From contig CALVVO010000002.1 of the NCBI GenBank assembly GCA_944363885.1, positions 9,632 through 73,631 of the forward strand: a stretch of DNA of 64,000 nucleotides. Reading direction: 5' to 3'. How positions within the stretch are numbered: position 1 is the stretch's first letter; each line of letters opens with the position of its first letter. Below are positions 50,141 through 59,314 of this stretch, piece by piece. The stretch comes from an uncultured Bacilli bacterium (lineage in GTDB: Bacteria; Bacillota_I; Bacilli_A; RF39; UBA660). The position numbers and the translations under genes were made by a program. The notes beneath the pieces were generated by a model. That model ran no database searches. It saw nothing but the letters and a program-made list of their open reading frames with translations, and was not told the DNA's origin.

Positions 50141-50155
50141 TATCCCAACTCCTTT

Positions 50156-51400
50156 TTACCAATCCAACTCTATTTTGTTGGATTCTTTTTTTTCTTCTTT
50201 TTGTTCTGATTTAATAACTTCTTTCTTATCTTCCACTTCTCTACAATTACTTTCCACAACAAGTGGTTCATCGGCAACTAATTCAATTTTTTTATTTTCA
50301 ACTAACTTATCATTATCTGCATCTTCACTAATCATTTTATCTAACTTATCAGGTTTTAATTTTACTGGCGAATCATCTGAAGAATTTTTTGACCATTCCC
50401 TAATTAGTTCTTCTTTAACCATATCAACATTTACATATATAACATCTTTTTTATTTTTTAATTCATTTAATTCAATTCTAATTAGCTCTTTTTTATTAAG
50501 ATCTTTTATCTTTTTAGTAAAATCTAAATAATCATCATTATTTAATCTTTGTTCTATTCGATTTAACTTATTATTACTCTTATCAATTTCTTTAGATAAC
50601 ATTGTTTTCTTATTATTGCATTTTTCTCTATTTACATTTACTTCATTCAAAATATTATCTGTTTTCTTAAGAATATTTAATACTTTTTCAAGTTTTTCCT
50701 TAATATTAAGTTCAATATCCTCGATTTTTTCCCATACTTCTAAAGTTATACCCTTATCCAAAGAATTCTTTTTTAAACTATCTAAAAGTTCTACATCTTT
50801 TTTCACATTAGCAATGTAAGCATTTAGCCTTTCTTTAATCATTTGCTCTTTATGTTCAACATCTTTTAATCTTTCTAATTCATTATCACATAAGATAATT
50901 TCATTAGAACAGTTGTCTATACTATTTATTAAATACTCTTTTAACCTAACATCTAAATCCTTTTCCTCTTGATTAATATAATCATTAGATTCTATTTTCA
51001 AATTCAACTCATTGTATTCATTTTCAAGTTTCTTAAGCTTAGAATATACATAACTCATTAAAGACTGATCATTTTTTAATTCTTCATCTTTCTTTGCAAG
51101 ATTAGACAAAAACTCTACTTTGCCCCTTACATCCATATATGATTTATTATTTTTATAGCAATTCAACAAAGCCTTACCTATAACTTCAGCATTATTTTCC
51201 CAATTAGCCTGTCTAATTTTTAAGTTTGCAATAAGTTCATTTTTAGTAGCTTTTTCTATATCTTTATTATTTTCAAGTTTACTTATAGTTTCCTTAGTTT
51301 TTTTTAGTTCATTCTCAGAATAATTCTTATTAATATCATATCCTGCTTTTTTTACTAAAATCTCAATAAGACATTTAACTGCTTCATAATTAGTATCCAT
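50156..51400 (-). CDS. long coiled-coil protein, acidic C-terminus (paralogue B)
   Basis: 414 aa. N-terminus AVKCLIEILVKKAG and the motif NWENNAEVIGKALLNCYKNNKS parallel those of paralogue A. Confidence 0.5.
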   Translation of the reverse strand: MDTNYEAVKCLIEILVKKAGYDINKNYSENELKKTKETISKLENNKDIEKATKNELIANLKIRQANWENNAEVIGKALLNCYKNNKSYMDVRGKVEFLSNLAKKDEELKNDQSLMSYVYSKLKKLENEYNELNLKIESNDYINQEEKDLDVRLKEYLINSIDNCSNEIILCDNELERLKDVEHKEQMIKERLNAYIANVKKDVELLDSLKKNSLDKGITLEVWEKIEDIELNIKEKLEKVLNILKKTDNILNEVNVNREKCNNKKTMLSKEIDKSNNKLNRIEQRLNNDDYLDFTKKIKDLNKKELIRIELNELKNKKDVIYVNVDMVKEELIREWSKNSSDDSPVKLKPDKLDKMISEDADNDKLVENKKIELVADEPLVVESNCREVEDKKEVIKSEQKEEKKESNKIELDW

Positions 51401-51514
51401 ATTGCCACTTCCCTTATTTTCCTATATTAATTTTAGCATAAAGTATTTTTAAAAACAATAGTTTTTTATTTTACATTTTTTTACATTTTTTGTTTACATG
51501 TAAATAAAAAGGAA

Positions 51515-52255
51515 TTATTTTTTATTAATTCCTTCAAGTGCTCTTAATACCTCAATTGGTAAAGCAAAAATTATTGTATTAGATTGATCACTACTTAAAT
51601 CATTTATAGTAGAAAGCGTTCTTAAATGTAAAGCTCCAGGAGACTTAGCCATTGTTTCAGCTGCTTCTGCAAGGTTTTTACTTGCTTCCACTTCACCAAC
51701 AGCTTTAGTAATAACAGCTTGCTTTTCACGTTCAGCTTCAGCTATTTTTGCAATTACTCTTTTCATTTCTTCTGGCAAACTTATATCTTTAAGTTCTACA
51801 TTTGCAACTTTAATTCCCCACGGATCAGTCGCTTCATCTACTATAGAACAAATCTCCCCACTTATTTTTTCCCTTTCAGTCAAAAGTTCATCCAAGCTTA
51901 CCGTTCCAACAACATTTCTCATAGTTGTCTGAGCAAGTTGACTAACAGCGTAATTAAAATTTTCAACAGCTAAAATTGCTTTAGAAGCATCAAAAATTTC
52001 ATAATACAAAACTGCATTTATTTTAATAGAAACATTATCTTTAGTAATTGCTTCCTGTTCAGGAACATCAACAGCTTTTGTCCTAATATCAACTTTTCTA
52101 AAAGACTGAAAAATTGGCACAACTATATTCCACCCAGGATTCATTATTTTAGAGAACTTACCTAAAGTAAATTTGACACCTCTCTCATACTCATTTATCT
52201 GCTTAACTGAAACAACTAGAAAACATATAATTAAAACTAAAACACCTATTAACAT
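51515..52255 (-). CDS. SPFH/band-7 (stomatin/slipin-like) protein
   Basis: N-terminal TM, SPFH domain and a C-terminal AEAEREKQAVI helix. Start at MLIGV (AGGAGG RBS). Confidence 0.8.
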   Translation of the reverse strand: MLIGVLVLIICFLVVSVKQINEYERGVKFTLGKFSKIMNPGWNIVVPIFQSFRKVDIRTKAVDVPEQEAITKDNVSIKINAVLYYEIFDASKAILAVENFNYAVSQLAQTTMRNVVGTVSLDELLTEREKISGEICSIVDEATDPWGIKVANVELKDISLPEEMKRVIAKIAEAEREKQAVITKAVGEVEASKNLAEAAETMAKSPGALHLRTLSTINDLSSDQSNTIIFALPIEVLRALEGINKK

Positions 52256-52285
52256 AATATACCTCCTAGTAATAATATAGCACAA

Positions 52286-53371
52286 TTAATTTAATAATTC
52301 ATCATCATTATGAACAATTTCTACATGACTAATAGAATCAAACCTTTTAGTGATTTTTTCTGTTGTAACATGAATATCCCTAACATCCTTGCTAACAGTA
52401 TCAATACTTCTAGACAATTTATCCCATCTAATTCTATATTTACTAAACTCTTCCCCCAGTTTATTTAATTCTTCGTGAATAACACTTGTATACTTATCTC
52501 TTTCCATTCCCATTAAAACTGCTTGAATAATGGTGAGCAGACTCATTAAAGTCGTTGGGCTACTTATCCAAACATTTTTACTTTGAGCATAACTTATTAA
52601 ATTAGTATGATAAGCATTAATTTCCGCGAAAATAGCTTCAGCAGGTAAAAACATAATTGCTTGATTACTTGTTTCACCGCTTATAATATACTTACTACTA
52701 ATCGCATCAATATGCTTTTTAACATCATCCCTAAACATCTTTTCACGTCTTAATTTTTCTTCTTCAGTTATACCTTTTTCCAACATATATCTGTAATTTT
52801 CCAATGGAAACTTTGAATCAATACAAATATTTCCTAAAGGTTCTGGGCCAAACACAATAGCATCTGCAATATACTTATTACTAAGTGTATATTGAATTTT
52901 ATATATTTTATCATTCTTTTCACCAAAAACACTAGATAAAATATGTTTTAAATTAACTTCACCAAATATACCACGACTTTTCTTATCAGTTAAAATACTT
53001 TGTAAGCTAACAATATCATTACTTAAATTATCAATTTTCTTCTGAGCTTCATCAATCTTAGCAAGCCTTTCCAAAACACTATTAAAAGTTTTATTAGTTT
53101 TTTCAAAATTAACATCAATTCTTTCATTTACTTTATCATTAATTTGAACAAGTTTATTTTCAATTTCCGAACGTAATTTTTCAAAGTCCCCATTTACAAT
53201 TTTAGAAAAATCATATTTAAAGTCACCAATTTCCTTAGTTACTTCATTTTCAATTTTTAAAAGTTTTTCAATAATTTCACTTTCATTCACTCGTTTTATT
53301 TTAAAAAACATAAAAATTGCAATTAATATCAAAACTATTAATAAACCTATAACAATATAATCTACTATCAT
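52286..53371 (-). CDS. rmuC: DNA recombination protein RmuC
   Basis: 361 aa. N-terminal TM and coiled coil, with an RmuC-family C-terminal domain. Its stop abuts the SPFH start. Confidence 0.75.
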   Translation of the reverse strand: MIVDYIVIGLLIVLILIAIFMFFKIKRVNESEIIEKLLKIENEVTKEIGDFKYDFSKIVNGDFEKLRSEIENKLVQINDKVNERIDVNFEKTNKTFNSVLERLAKIDEAQKKIDNLSNDIVSLQSILTDKKSRGIFGEVNLKHILSSVFGEKNDKIYKIQYTLSNKYIADAIVFGPEPLGNICIDSKFPLENYRYMLEKGITEEEKLRREKMFRDDVKKHIDAISSKYIISGETSNQAIMFLPAEAIFAEINAYHTNLISYAQSKNVWISSPTTLMSLLTIIQAVLMGMERDKYTSVIHEELNKLGEEFSKYRIRWDKLSRSIDTVSKDVRDIHVTTEKITKRFDSISHVEIVHNDDELLN

Positions 53372-53417
53372 ACATCATTCACCTAAAAACATTTTAACAC
53401 CAAACAAATATTTTTGT

Positions 53418-54008
53418 CTATTCCAAATTAACTTTTTTATTTACAAAACGCGAAATAATATACATAATCATAACCAAAGCAAAAATACGTATTAAAATAA
53501 TGGGATGTTTTAAACTTTCTATAAAGCTTGTCCCAATGTATCCCCAAAAATAAACTAAAGAAATTTTTCCCATGAAAATACCAGCAAAATATTTTTTAAA
53601 ACTCATATCGCTTAACCCAGCTGCAATATTTACAAGAAAAGCTGGTGTAAAAGGTATAGCAGTTAAAATAACTAATTCACTTAAAGTCATACTGCTTACA
53701 GTCTTCATAAATTTTTTTAATCTACGTTTAGAATTGGTAAAATTACAAAATTTTTTATAAAAACCTTTTCTAAATATAAAAAATGACATAGCACATCCCA
53801 ACAACGTAAAAATCCAAGAAATAATAAAACCAATTAAATTACCAAAAGTCATAAAATTTAAAGTAATAAAAACTGCTAAAGGCAAAATTGGAACAATTGA
53901 CTCAATAACAATTAAAAAACAGCCAAAAACTGGGCCCCAAATTCCCAGTAAATTTATAATTTCTAAAATATATTCCTCAATTTTCGAAAATACTCCCAAT
54001 TCTATCAC
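53418..54008 (-). CDS. DedA/TVP38-TMEM64-family membrane protein
   Basis: 196 aa, polytopic, with a DedA-like pattern. Confidence 0.65.
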   Translation of the reverse strand: MIELGVFSKIEEYILEIINLLGIWGPVFGCFLIVIESIVPILPLAVFITLNFMTFGNLIGFIISWIFTLLGCAMSFFIFRKGFYKKFCNFTNSKRRLKKFMKTVSSMTLSELVILTAIPFTPAFLVNIAAGLSDMSFKKYFAGIFMGKISLVYFWGYIGTSFIESLKHPIILIRIFALVMIMYIISRFVNKKVNLE

Positions 54009-54265
54009 TAACTTTCTAACATAATAGTATTATACCCCAAATAATTTAAAACTACCACTAATCTCTTACTTAATTTGCCACTTTTACAGTAAATATAATA
54101 TATATTATCTTTACTTAAATAATGCCTATAATTATTAACAAGTTCATCATAGGGAATATTTATAGAGTTAGGTAAATGCCATTTATTATAATCATATTTA
54201 TCTTGTATATCAATAATCCTTATATTTTTTTTATTTTTTATATTAAAATAATTTTCTTTAAACAT
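54008..54265 (-). CDS. single-domain rhodanese-like protein
   Basis: 85 aa. Active-site loop YCKSGKLS. Confidence 0.7.
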   Translation of the reverse strand: MFKENYFNIKNKKNIRIIDIQDKYDYNKWHLPNSINIPYDELVNNYRHYLSKDNIYYIYCKSGKLSKRLVVVLNYLGYNTIMLES

Positions 54266-54352
54266 TATTTAACACCCATTATAATTTATGAAAAAAATTT
54301 AATTTGTCATAGTAAAAAAACATCAAAAAAGAATAGATTACTATTCTAAACT

Positions 54353-55669
54353 TTATTGATACCTATATTTAAAAGTGATTTCAAGATCTACATTTATATC
54401 CTCTGACATTTCTTCCAAAGTTCTTCCTAAAGTCTCCTCAAATTCAGTTCTTTCCAAGAATTCATCTAAAACTAAAAATGATCTTATCTTATATTTTATC
54501 ATATATCTAGAATGAACATTAGTGATTTCCTCCCTATAATATTCATTATCAGAGTTAACGCTCGAATAAGTTACAAATCTTGACCAATCAGTATACCTAG
54601 TTAAGTCCTCATCTTTATATATATAAGACTTAGAAGGAGGCGTTGCTGAATAAGAAGAATAATATCCTCGTGCCTCACCATTATACCATTTCCAAAGATA
54701 ATCAAAATATCTATACATCGTTATCTTATTATCATCATCTCTTTTATATCCATCTTCCGGCATATCTGGATAATATTCACCATTATTCCACCAAACAATG
54801 TTCCCATTATCATCTTTTTTATACCACCTGTAACCATTTCTATTAGATATTACTCTGTATGACTTTTCTTCAGGATAATCTATACTCCATTCAGAATAAT
54901 CGCTTTTAATTTCTGTCCTTTTATCTTTATTAACATAACCACTAGGTTGTTCACTACTAAAATCACTATAATCGTTATTATTTACTTTATACCACAACCA
55001 TAATTTATCTCTATAACTATAAAATGTTTTATCTTCTTTAACAATTTCAGTTATAATAGCTTCATCACTGATATCAGGCAAATCTTCTTCATCTAAAGGT
55101 AACATAACACCATTAGTTTCTTCAGTACTTATCTCTTCATAAGGAATATATTCACTCCAAGGAGAATTATTATTTGTAACATTATAATAATTTATGTAAA
55201 CTATTACATCAGCATTTAATTTACTATTATATTTAGATTTTTCATTTTTAAAATCACTTTCTGAAGCTGAACAATAATTACAATTTTCCAAATAAAACGT
55301 TTTTATGAATTCATCATTAACTTTTGTTATTTTGACTTCTCCAGAACAAACTTGATCTTTAAAAGTTACTTTTTTTACATTATCTAAATTAATAACTACA
55401 CTGTCCCCATTTATAGTTGGCCAAAGATTATAACTCATAACATAAGAATCAACATAATTACTTAATTCTTTTCTAATATTATAGCAATTACTATTTCTAA
55501 CTCCAGAAATAATCAAATTAATAATAATTATAATAATTACAACTGGAACAACAATTACAATAATTTTAATAATAACTTGCTTGCTATTTGAAATTTCCTT
55601 TGCATGTTTAGAAAAAATACTTGTAAAGCTATTTATTATTTCATCAATTATCTCATTAACCTTTTTCAT
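54353..55669 (-). CDS. hypothetical membrane-anchored Tyr/Trp-rich protein
   Basis: 438 aa. One N-terminal TM. The ectodomain is rich in Y/W/D/N. Confidence 0.4.
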   Translation of the reverse strand: MKKVNEIIDEIINSFTSIFSKHAKEISNSKQVIIKIIVIVVPVVIIIIIINLIISGVRNSNCYNIRKELSNYVDSYVMSYNLWPTINGDSVVINLDNVKKVTFKDQVCSGEVKITKVNDEFIKTFYLENCNYCSASESDFKNEKSKYNSKLNADVIVYINYYNVTNNNSPWSEYIPYEEISTEETNGVMLPLDEEDLPDISDEAIITEIVKEDKTFYSYRDKLWLWYKVNNNDYSDFSSEQPSGYVNKDKRTEIKSDYSEWSIDYPEEKSYRVISNRNGYRWYKKDDNGNIVWWNNGEYYPDMPEDGYKRDDDNKITMYRYFDYLWKWYNGEARGYYSSYSATPPSKSYIYKDEDLTRYTDWSRFVTYSSVNSDNEYYREEITNVHSRYMIKYKIRSFLVLDEFLERTEFEETLGRTLEEMSEDINVDLEITFKYRYQ

Positions 55670-55686
55670 ATTTATATTCCCTTTTC

Positions 55687-57867
55687 CTATACTTCATCAT
55701 CAAAAAAATCATCAAAAAAATCATCATCTATAATATTATCATTAACAACTATACTTTCTTCATCGATATTAATATTAGGTTTTTCAATTTTTGGTTGCTC
55801 TTTTAATTCTTTTTCATCATCAATTAATTTTTTGTTTATCAAGTCATCTGATAAAACACTATTTTTATTACTAACCTGACTGTTTTCTTCATTACGCTGT
55901 GAATTTAATTTGTTTGCCTCTTTTTCTTTTTTTTCTTCTTCTTCTAACTCGGCAATTTTAGCATCAATACGTTTTACTAAATCATCAACATCTACTGTAG
56001 ACTTTGTATTGTTACCAACATTCGTCGGCGCAAATGACCTATCAGGAAAAGAAAACTGTGGAGGGAAACTCATCATACCAGTATTTATAGCTTTACCAAA
56101 ACCACTTTCTTCACGTTTTTTATCAACAAATTCTTTCAAATCAAAAACTTTTACATCATCCACTTGAGTTTCTGGATAACCACTTTTTTCATATGTCTGT
56201 CCCCAATCTATTTCAAATGAAGGGACAAGTTTAGTTTTAAAAGGTTGATTCCTAAATCTTTTAACAATAATTTCAAACTTTTTCATTTGCTGCAAATCGC
56301 TAACAGAAACAAGTGGCCTAACAGGAGGAAGTGGTTTATCTTTTTCAGCTTTAGGTTGAACATCACCACATAATTTACTGAATTCTTCCAAAGCTTGATA
56401 TTCTGTAGTCATAAGATAAATCATATTACCACAGTTTCCTTTGATAGTTTCAGCAACCTCTTTCCCATAAACTTTATTTAACTGGCTAAAGTTTTGAATA
56501 ACAAAAGTAAATCTAATACGCCTACTACGACTAGCTGTAACCATACTTTCAACATCTCTCAAAGCAGGCATATTTGCAAACTCATCTAGCAAAAAATTTG
56601 TTCTTATTTTTAATTTGTTTCCTTCTTCTGTTTGAGCCACTTCAATTAAACTTTCATAAATTTGTTTAACCAAAATTGTAGCCAATGCATGGTACGTGGT
56701 TTTCTCATCATGTATTTTTATAAATAAAGCAGTTTTTTCTCGACCAATATCTCTTAAATCAAAATCACTTCTACTCAACATTTTAGACAATTCTTCACGA
56801 GAAGAGAAAATTCTGATTTTTTGTTTAAACACTGACACTATACTTCCCTTTGTCTCCGCAGGAGAATTAATAGTAGAACTTGCACTTACATACGCGCCAC
56901 TAAGAGGATCTTTAAGTTTAAAGTATTCATTAATATATCTTGTTGCGCCAAGTCTATCTTCACCCATACTATGCATTAAATTTATACTATTTAAGTTAAC
57001 TTGACTTTCATCAACAGCATCTTCAAACAAACCTAACGCAAGACCAGTAAAATAGTCAGCGGCATTGTTTTCCCAAAAAGGTTCAGCCTTATTATTAGGA
57101 TCAATTAATATATTATTACCTAAGTCTTCCAAAAGTTCTTGACTTTTATCATGATTCCCTTCTTTCCATAACCTATATGGATAACTAAAAGGATTCCAGC
57201 AAGCGCCATATTTAGGATCACGGAAATTCAAAATAATAACTTTATACCCATGATCACGCAACATATTAGCATTGTTTTCGTATATTTCCCCTTTAGGATC
57301 AGTTATTATCATGCTTTCTCCACGTTTACCTAAAATCTTTACCATAGAATCAAGAATAGCCCACGTTTTACCGCTACCACTAGCTCCCATAATCAAAGTA
57401 TGATTTTCACCATCATCAACCCACGCATTACACTTTTTTAATTTAGAACCGTGTATTTTTTTTCCCTCAATAATAATTGGAACTCCAGAATGATCATAAT
57501 CATTATTAAACAATTCAATCTTTTTTATATCATAGGCTTTTTTCATATCTGATTCTTCCATCCATTTTGCCCATCCGCCTTTAGTGTCTTCTTTCTTCTT
57601 AGACGTATAACCAAAACCCTTTTCACGTTCAAAAAAATATGAAGAAACACTCATAAATACACCAACTAATGCCAACAAATAAAAAACCAATGTGGACACT
57701 ATTAAATCAGAGCCAAAAGCTGGAAAAGGATTTAAACCATAAAAATAGCCATAATTTGAAAAATAATGTAAATTAAGCACAGCTATAGCTACAAGATATA
57801 GCAAAAATATACAAAATATAACAAAAATAACTACGTCTTTTACAGTCGCCCTAAATTTTAGTTTCAT
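55687..57867 (-). CDS. type IV coupling protein (VirD4/TraG/PcfC-like)
   Basis: Two N-terminal TMs, a Walker A motif (IMGASGSGKT) and ITDPKGEIY. Start at MKLKF (AGGTGAGGTG RBS). Confidence 0.8.
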   Translation of the reverse strand: MKLKFRATVKDVVIFVIFCIFLLYLVAIAVLNLHYFSNYGYFYGLNPFPAFGSDLIVSTLVFYLLALVGVFMSVSSYFFEREKGFGYTSKKKEDTKGGWAKWMEESDMKKAYDIKKIELFNNDYDHSGVPIIIEGKKIHGSKLKKCNAWVDDGENHTLIMGASGSGKTWAILDSMVKILGKRGESMIITDPKGEIYENNANMLRDHGYKVIILNFRDPKYGACWNPFSYPYRLWKEGNHDKSQELLEDLGNNILIDPNNKAEPFWENNAADYFTGLALGLFEDAVDESQVNLNSINLMHSMGEDRLGATRYINEYFKLKDPLSGAYVSASSTINSPAETKGSIVSVFKQKIRIFSSREELSKMLSRSDFDLRDIGREKTALFIKIHDEKTTYHALATILVKQIYESLIEVAQTEEGNKLKIRTNFLLDEFANMPALRDVESMVTASRSRRIRFTFVIQNFSQLNKVYGKEVAETIKGNCGNMIYLMTTEYQALEEFSKLCGDVQPKAEKDKPLPPVRPLVSVSDLQQMKKFEIIVKRFRNQPFKTKLVPSFEIDWGQTYEKSGYPETQVDDVKVFDLKEFVDKKREESGFGKAINTGMMSFPPQFSFPDRSFAPTNVGNNTKSTVDVDDLVKRIDAKIAELEEEEKKEKEANKLNSQRNEENSQVSNKNSVLSDDLINKKLIDDEKELKEQPKIEKPNINIDEESIVVNDNIIDDDFFDDFFDDEV

Positions 57868-57918
57868 ACACGACACCTCACCTAGAATATTATAACATAA
57901 AAAAAACAAATGAACAAC

Positions 57919-58605
57919 TTAGATTTCATTTGATTTTTCTATACGTTTTTTTATAATTTTACACAAAAATATAAACAAAACTACACTAACAATAAACAAT
58001 AAAATCCAAAAAAACAAAGGGAAAATATTATATATATAAGCAATTATATTTAATTGATCTGTAAATTCAATTTCAAGAGTCTTTTCTTCATCTGTCGGTT
58101 CAAATTCCCACTTATAAATCCCCAACATGTTATTTGCACTACTAGCATTTGTTTTAACTTTATAATTAGTTACAAGTGTAACATTCAAATTCGATAGTTC
58201 TACCTGAGTAGTATCATCATAATAATAATTATATCCACTTAATTTTACAACTAAATTATCCCCATCATTATAAACATCTCGATTTAAAAATGCCATACTT
58301 AAAACTTCGTTAGAAAGTAAATCCTCTATATTTTTATGATTTTTTTTCAAAATCATATATGAACTACCAGTTCTTTCTTTTAAAGACATTTTATACTTTT
58401 CCAAATTATAAGATTCTCTATAACTGTTAACAATTCCATTAAAATAATCTTCAATATTTTCGTCATTCTGATAAATTATAGAATTATAAACACCAACAGT
58501 TACTTCTTCAGTAATATCATTAGAAGAATTATAAATTATTTTATAGTCTATTTCACAACCAGATACAAATAACAAAATTGTAATTAGTAAAAATAATTTT
58601 TTCAT
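57919..58605 (-). CDS. conjugation-module lipoprotein with C-terminal TM (paralogue 1)
   Basis: LFVSGC lipobox and a C-terminal TM. Confidence 0.5.
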   Translation of the reverse strand: MKKLFLLITILLFVSGCEIDYKIIYNSSNDITEEVTVGVYNSIIYQNDENIEDYFNGIVNSYRESYNLEKYKMSLKERTGSSYMILKKNHKNIEDLLSNEVLSMAFLNRDVYNDGDNLVVKLSGYNYYYDDTTQVELSNLNVTLVTNYKVKTNASSANNMLGIYKWEFEPTDEEKTLEIEFTDQLNIIAYIYNIFPLFFWILLFIVSVVLFIFLCKIIKKRIEKSNEI

Positions 58606-58606
58606 A

Positions 58607-59257
58607 TCATACCTCTTGATTATTTTTTAATTTTTTATAAATTTTAAAACCTAAAATTATTAAAGATAATACTATTACAATTACAATCATAATTACAGCA
58701 TACAATATAAAACTATAATTTTTAGGATTATCCTCATTTTTATCAATTTCAAATTCTATATTTATACTTTCATATGGCTTAAAATACCATATGTGCTTCC
58801 CGTTTTTTTCTTCATCAGCATTTGAATACGTAACCTTTTTATCAGTAATTAAACTTATTTTTAGTTTATCAAAGTATTCACAATAATATTCACCATATGC
58901 TGTAATATATATTTTTTCTTCATCTTCAACAAAATCATGATATTGTACGCAATTATTTAAAACACTGGAAAACTCATATGAAACTTTATCAAATGTAGCA
59001 GTGTATTTTAGATCATAATAATTTTCACTAGTCTCTTCATAATTTACTTTATACGGATTCAAGCCATCAATATCATAATATTGTTTTTTGTTGACAAAAT
59101 ACGATAAATCTTTATCTTCGCTGCTTTCATCTTCGGAATTATAGTAATCAAAAACTTCAATAGAATCAGAAAACACATTATCTTCGTATTTGAGGGTATA
59201 TTCAGCATCGCATCCAGTTATAAAAAGTAACAATATTAGTATTAATAATTTTTTCAT
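58607..59257 (-). CDS. conjugation-module lipoprotein with C-terminal TM (paralogue 2)
   Basis: LFITGC lipobox and a C-terminal TM. Same architecture as its neighbour. Confidence 0.5.
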   Translation of the reverse strand: MKKLLILILLLFITGCDAEYTLKYEDNVFSDSIEVFDYYNSEDESSEDKDLSYFVNKKQYYDIDGLNPYKVNYEETSENYYDLKYTATFDKVSYEFSSVLNNCVQYHDFVEDEEKIYITAYGEYYCEYFDKLKISLITDKKVTYSNADEEKNGKHIWYFKPYESINIEFEIDKNEDNPKNYSFILYAVIMIVIVIVLSLIILGFKIYKKLKNNQEV

Positions 59258-59314
59258 ATTTTATATTATCTCCTTTTATAATTTTTTCTTTAATTTATAT
59301 TAATGAGCTTCATA

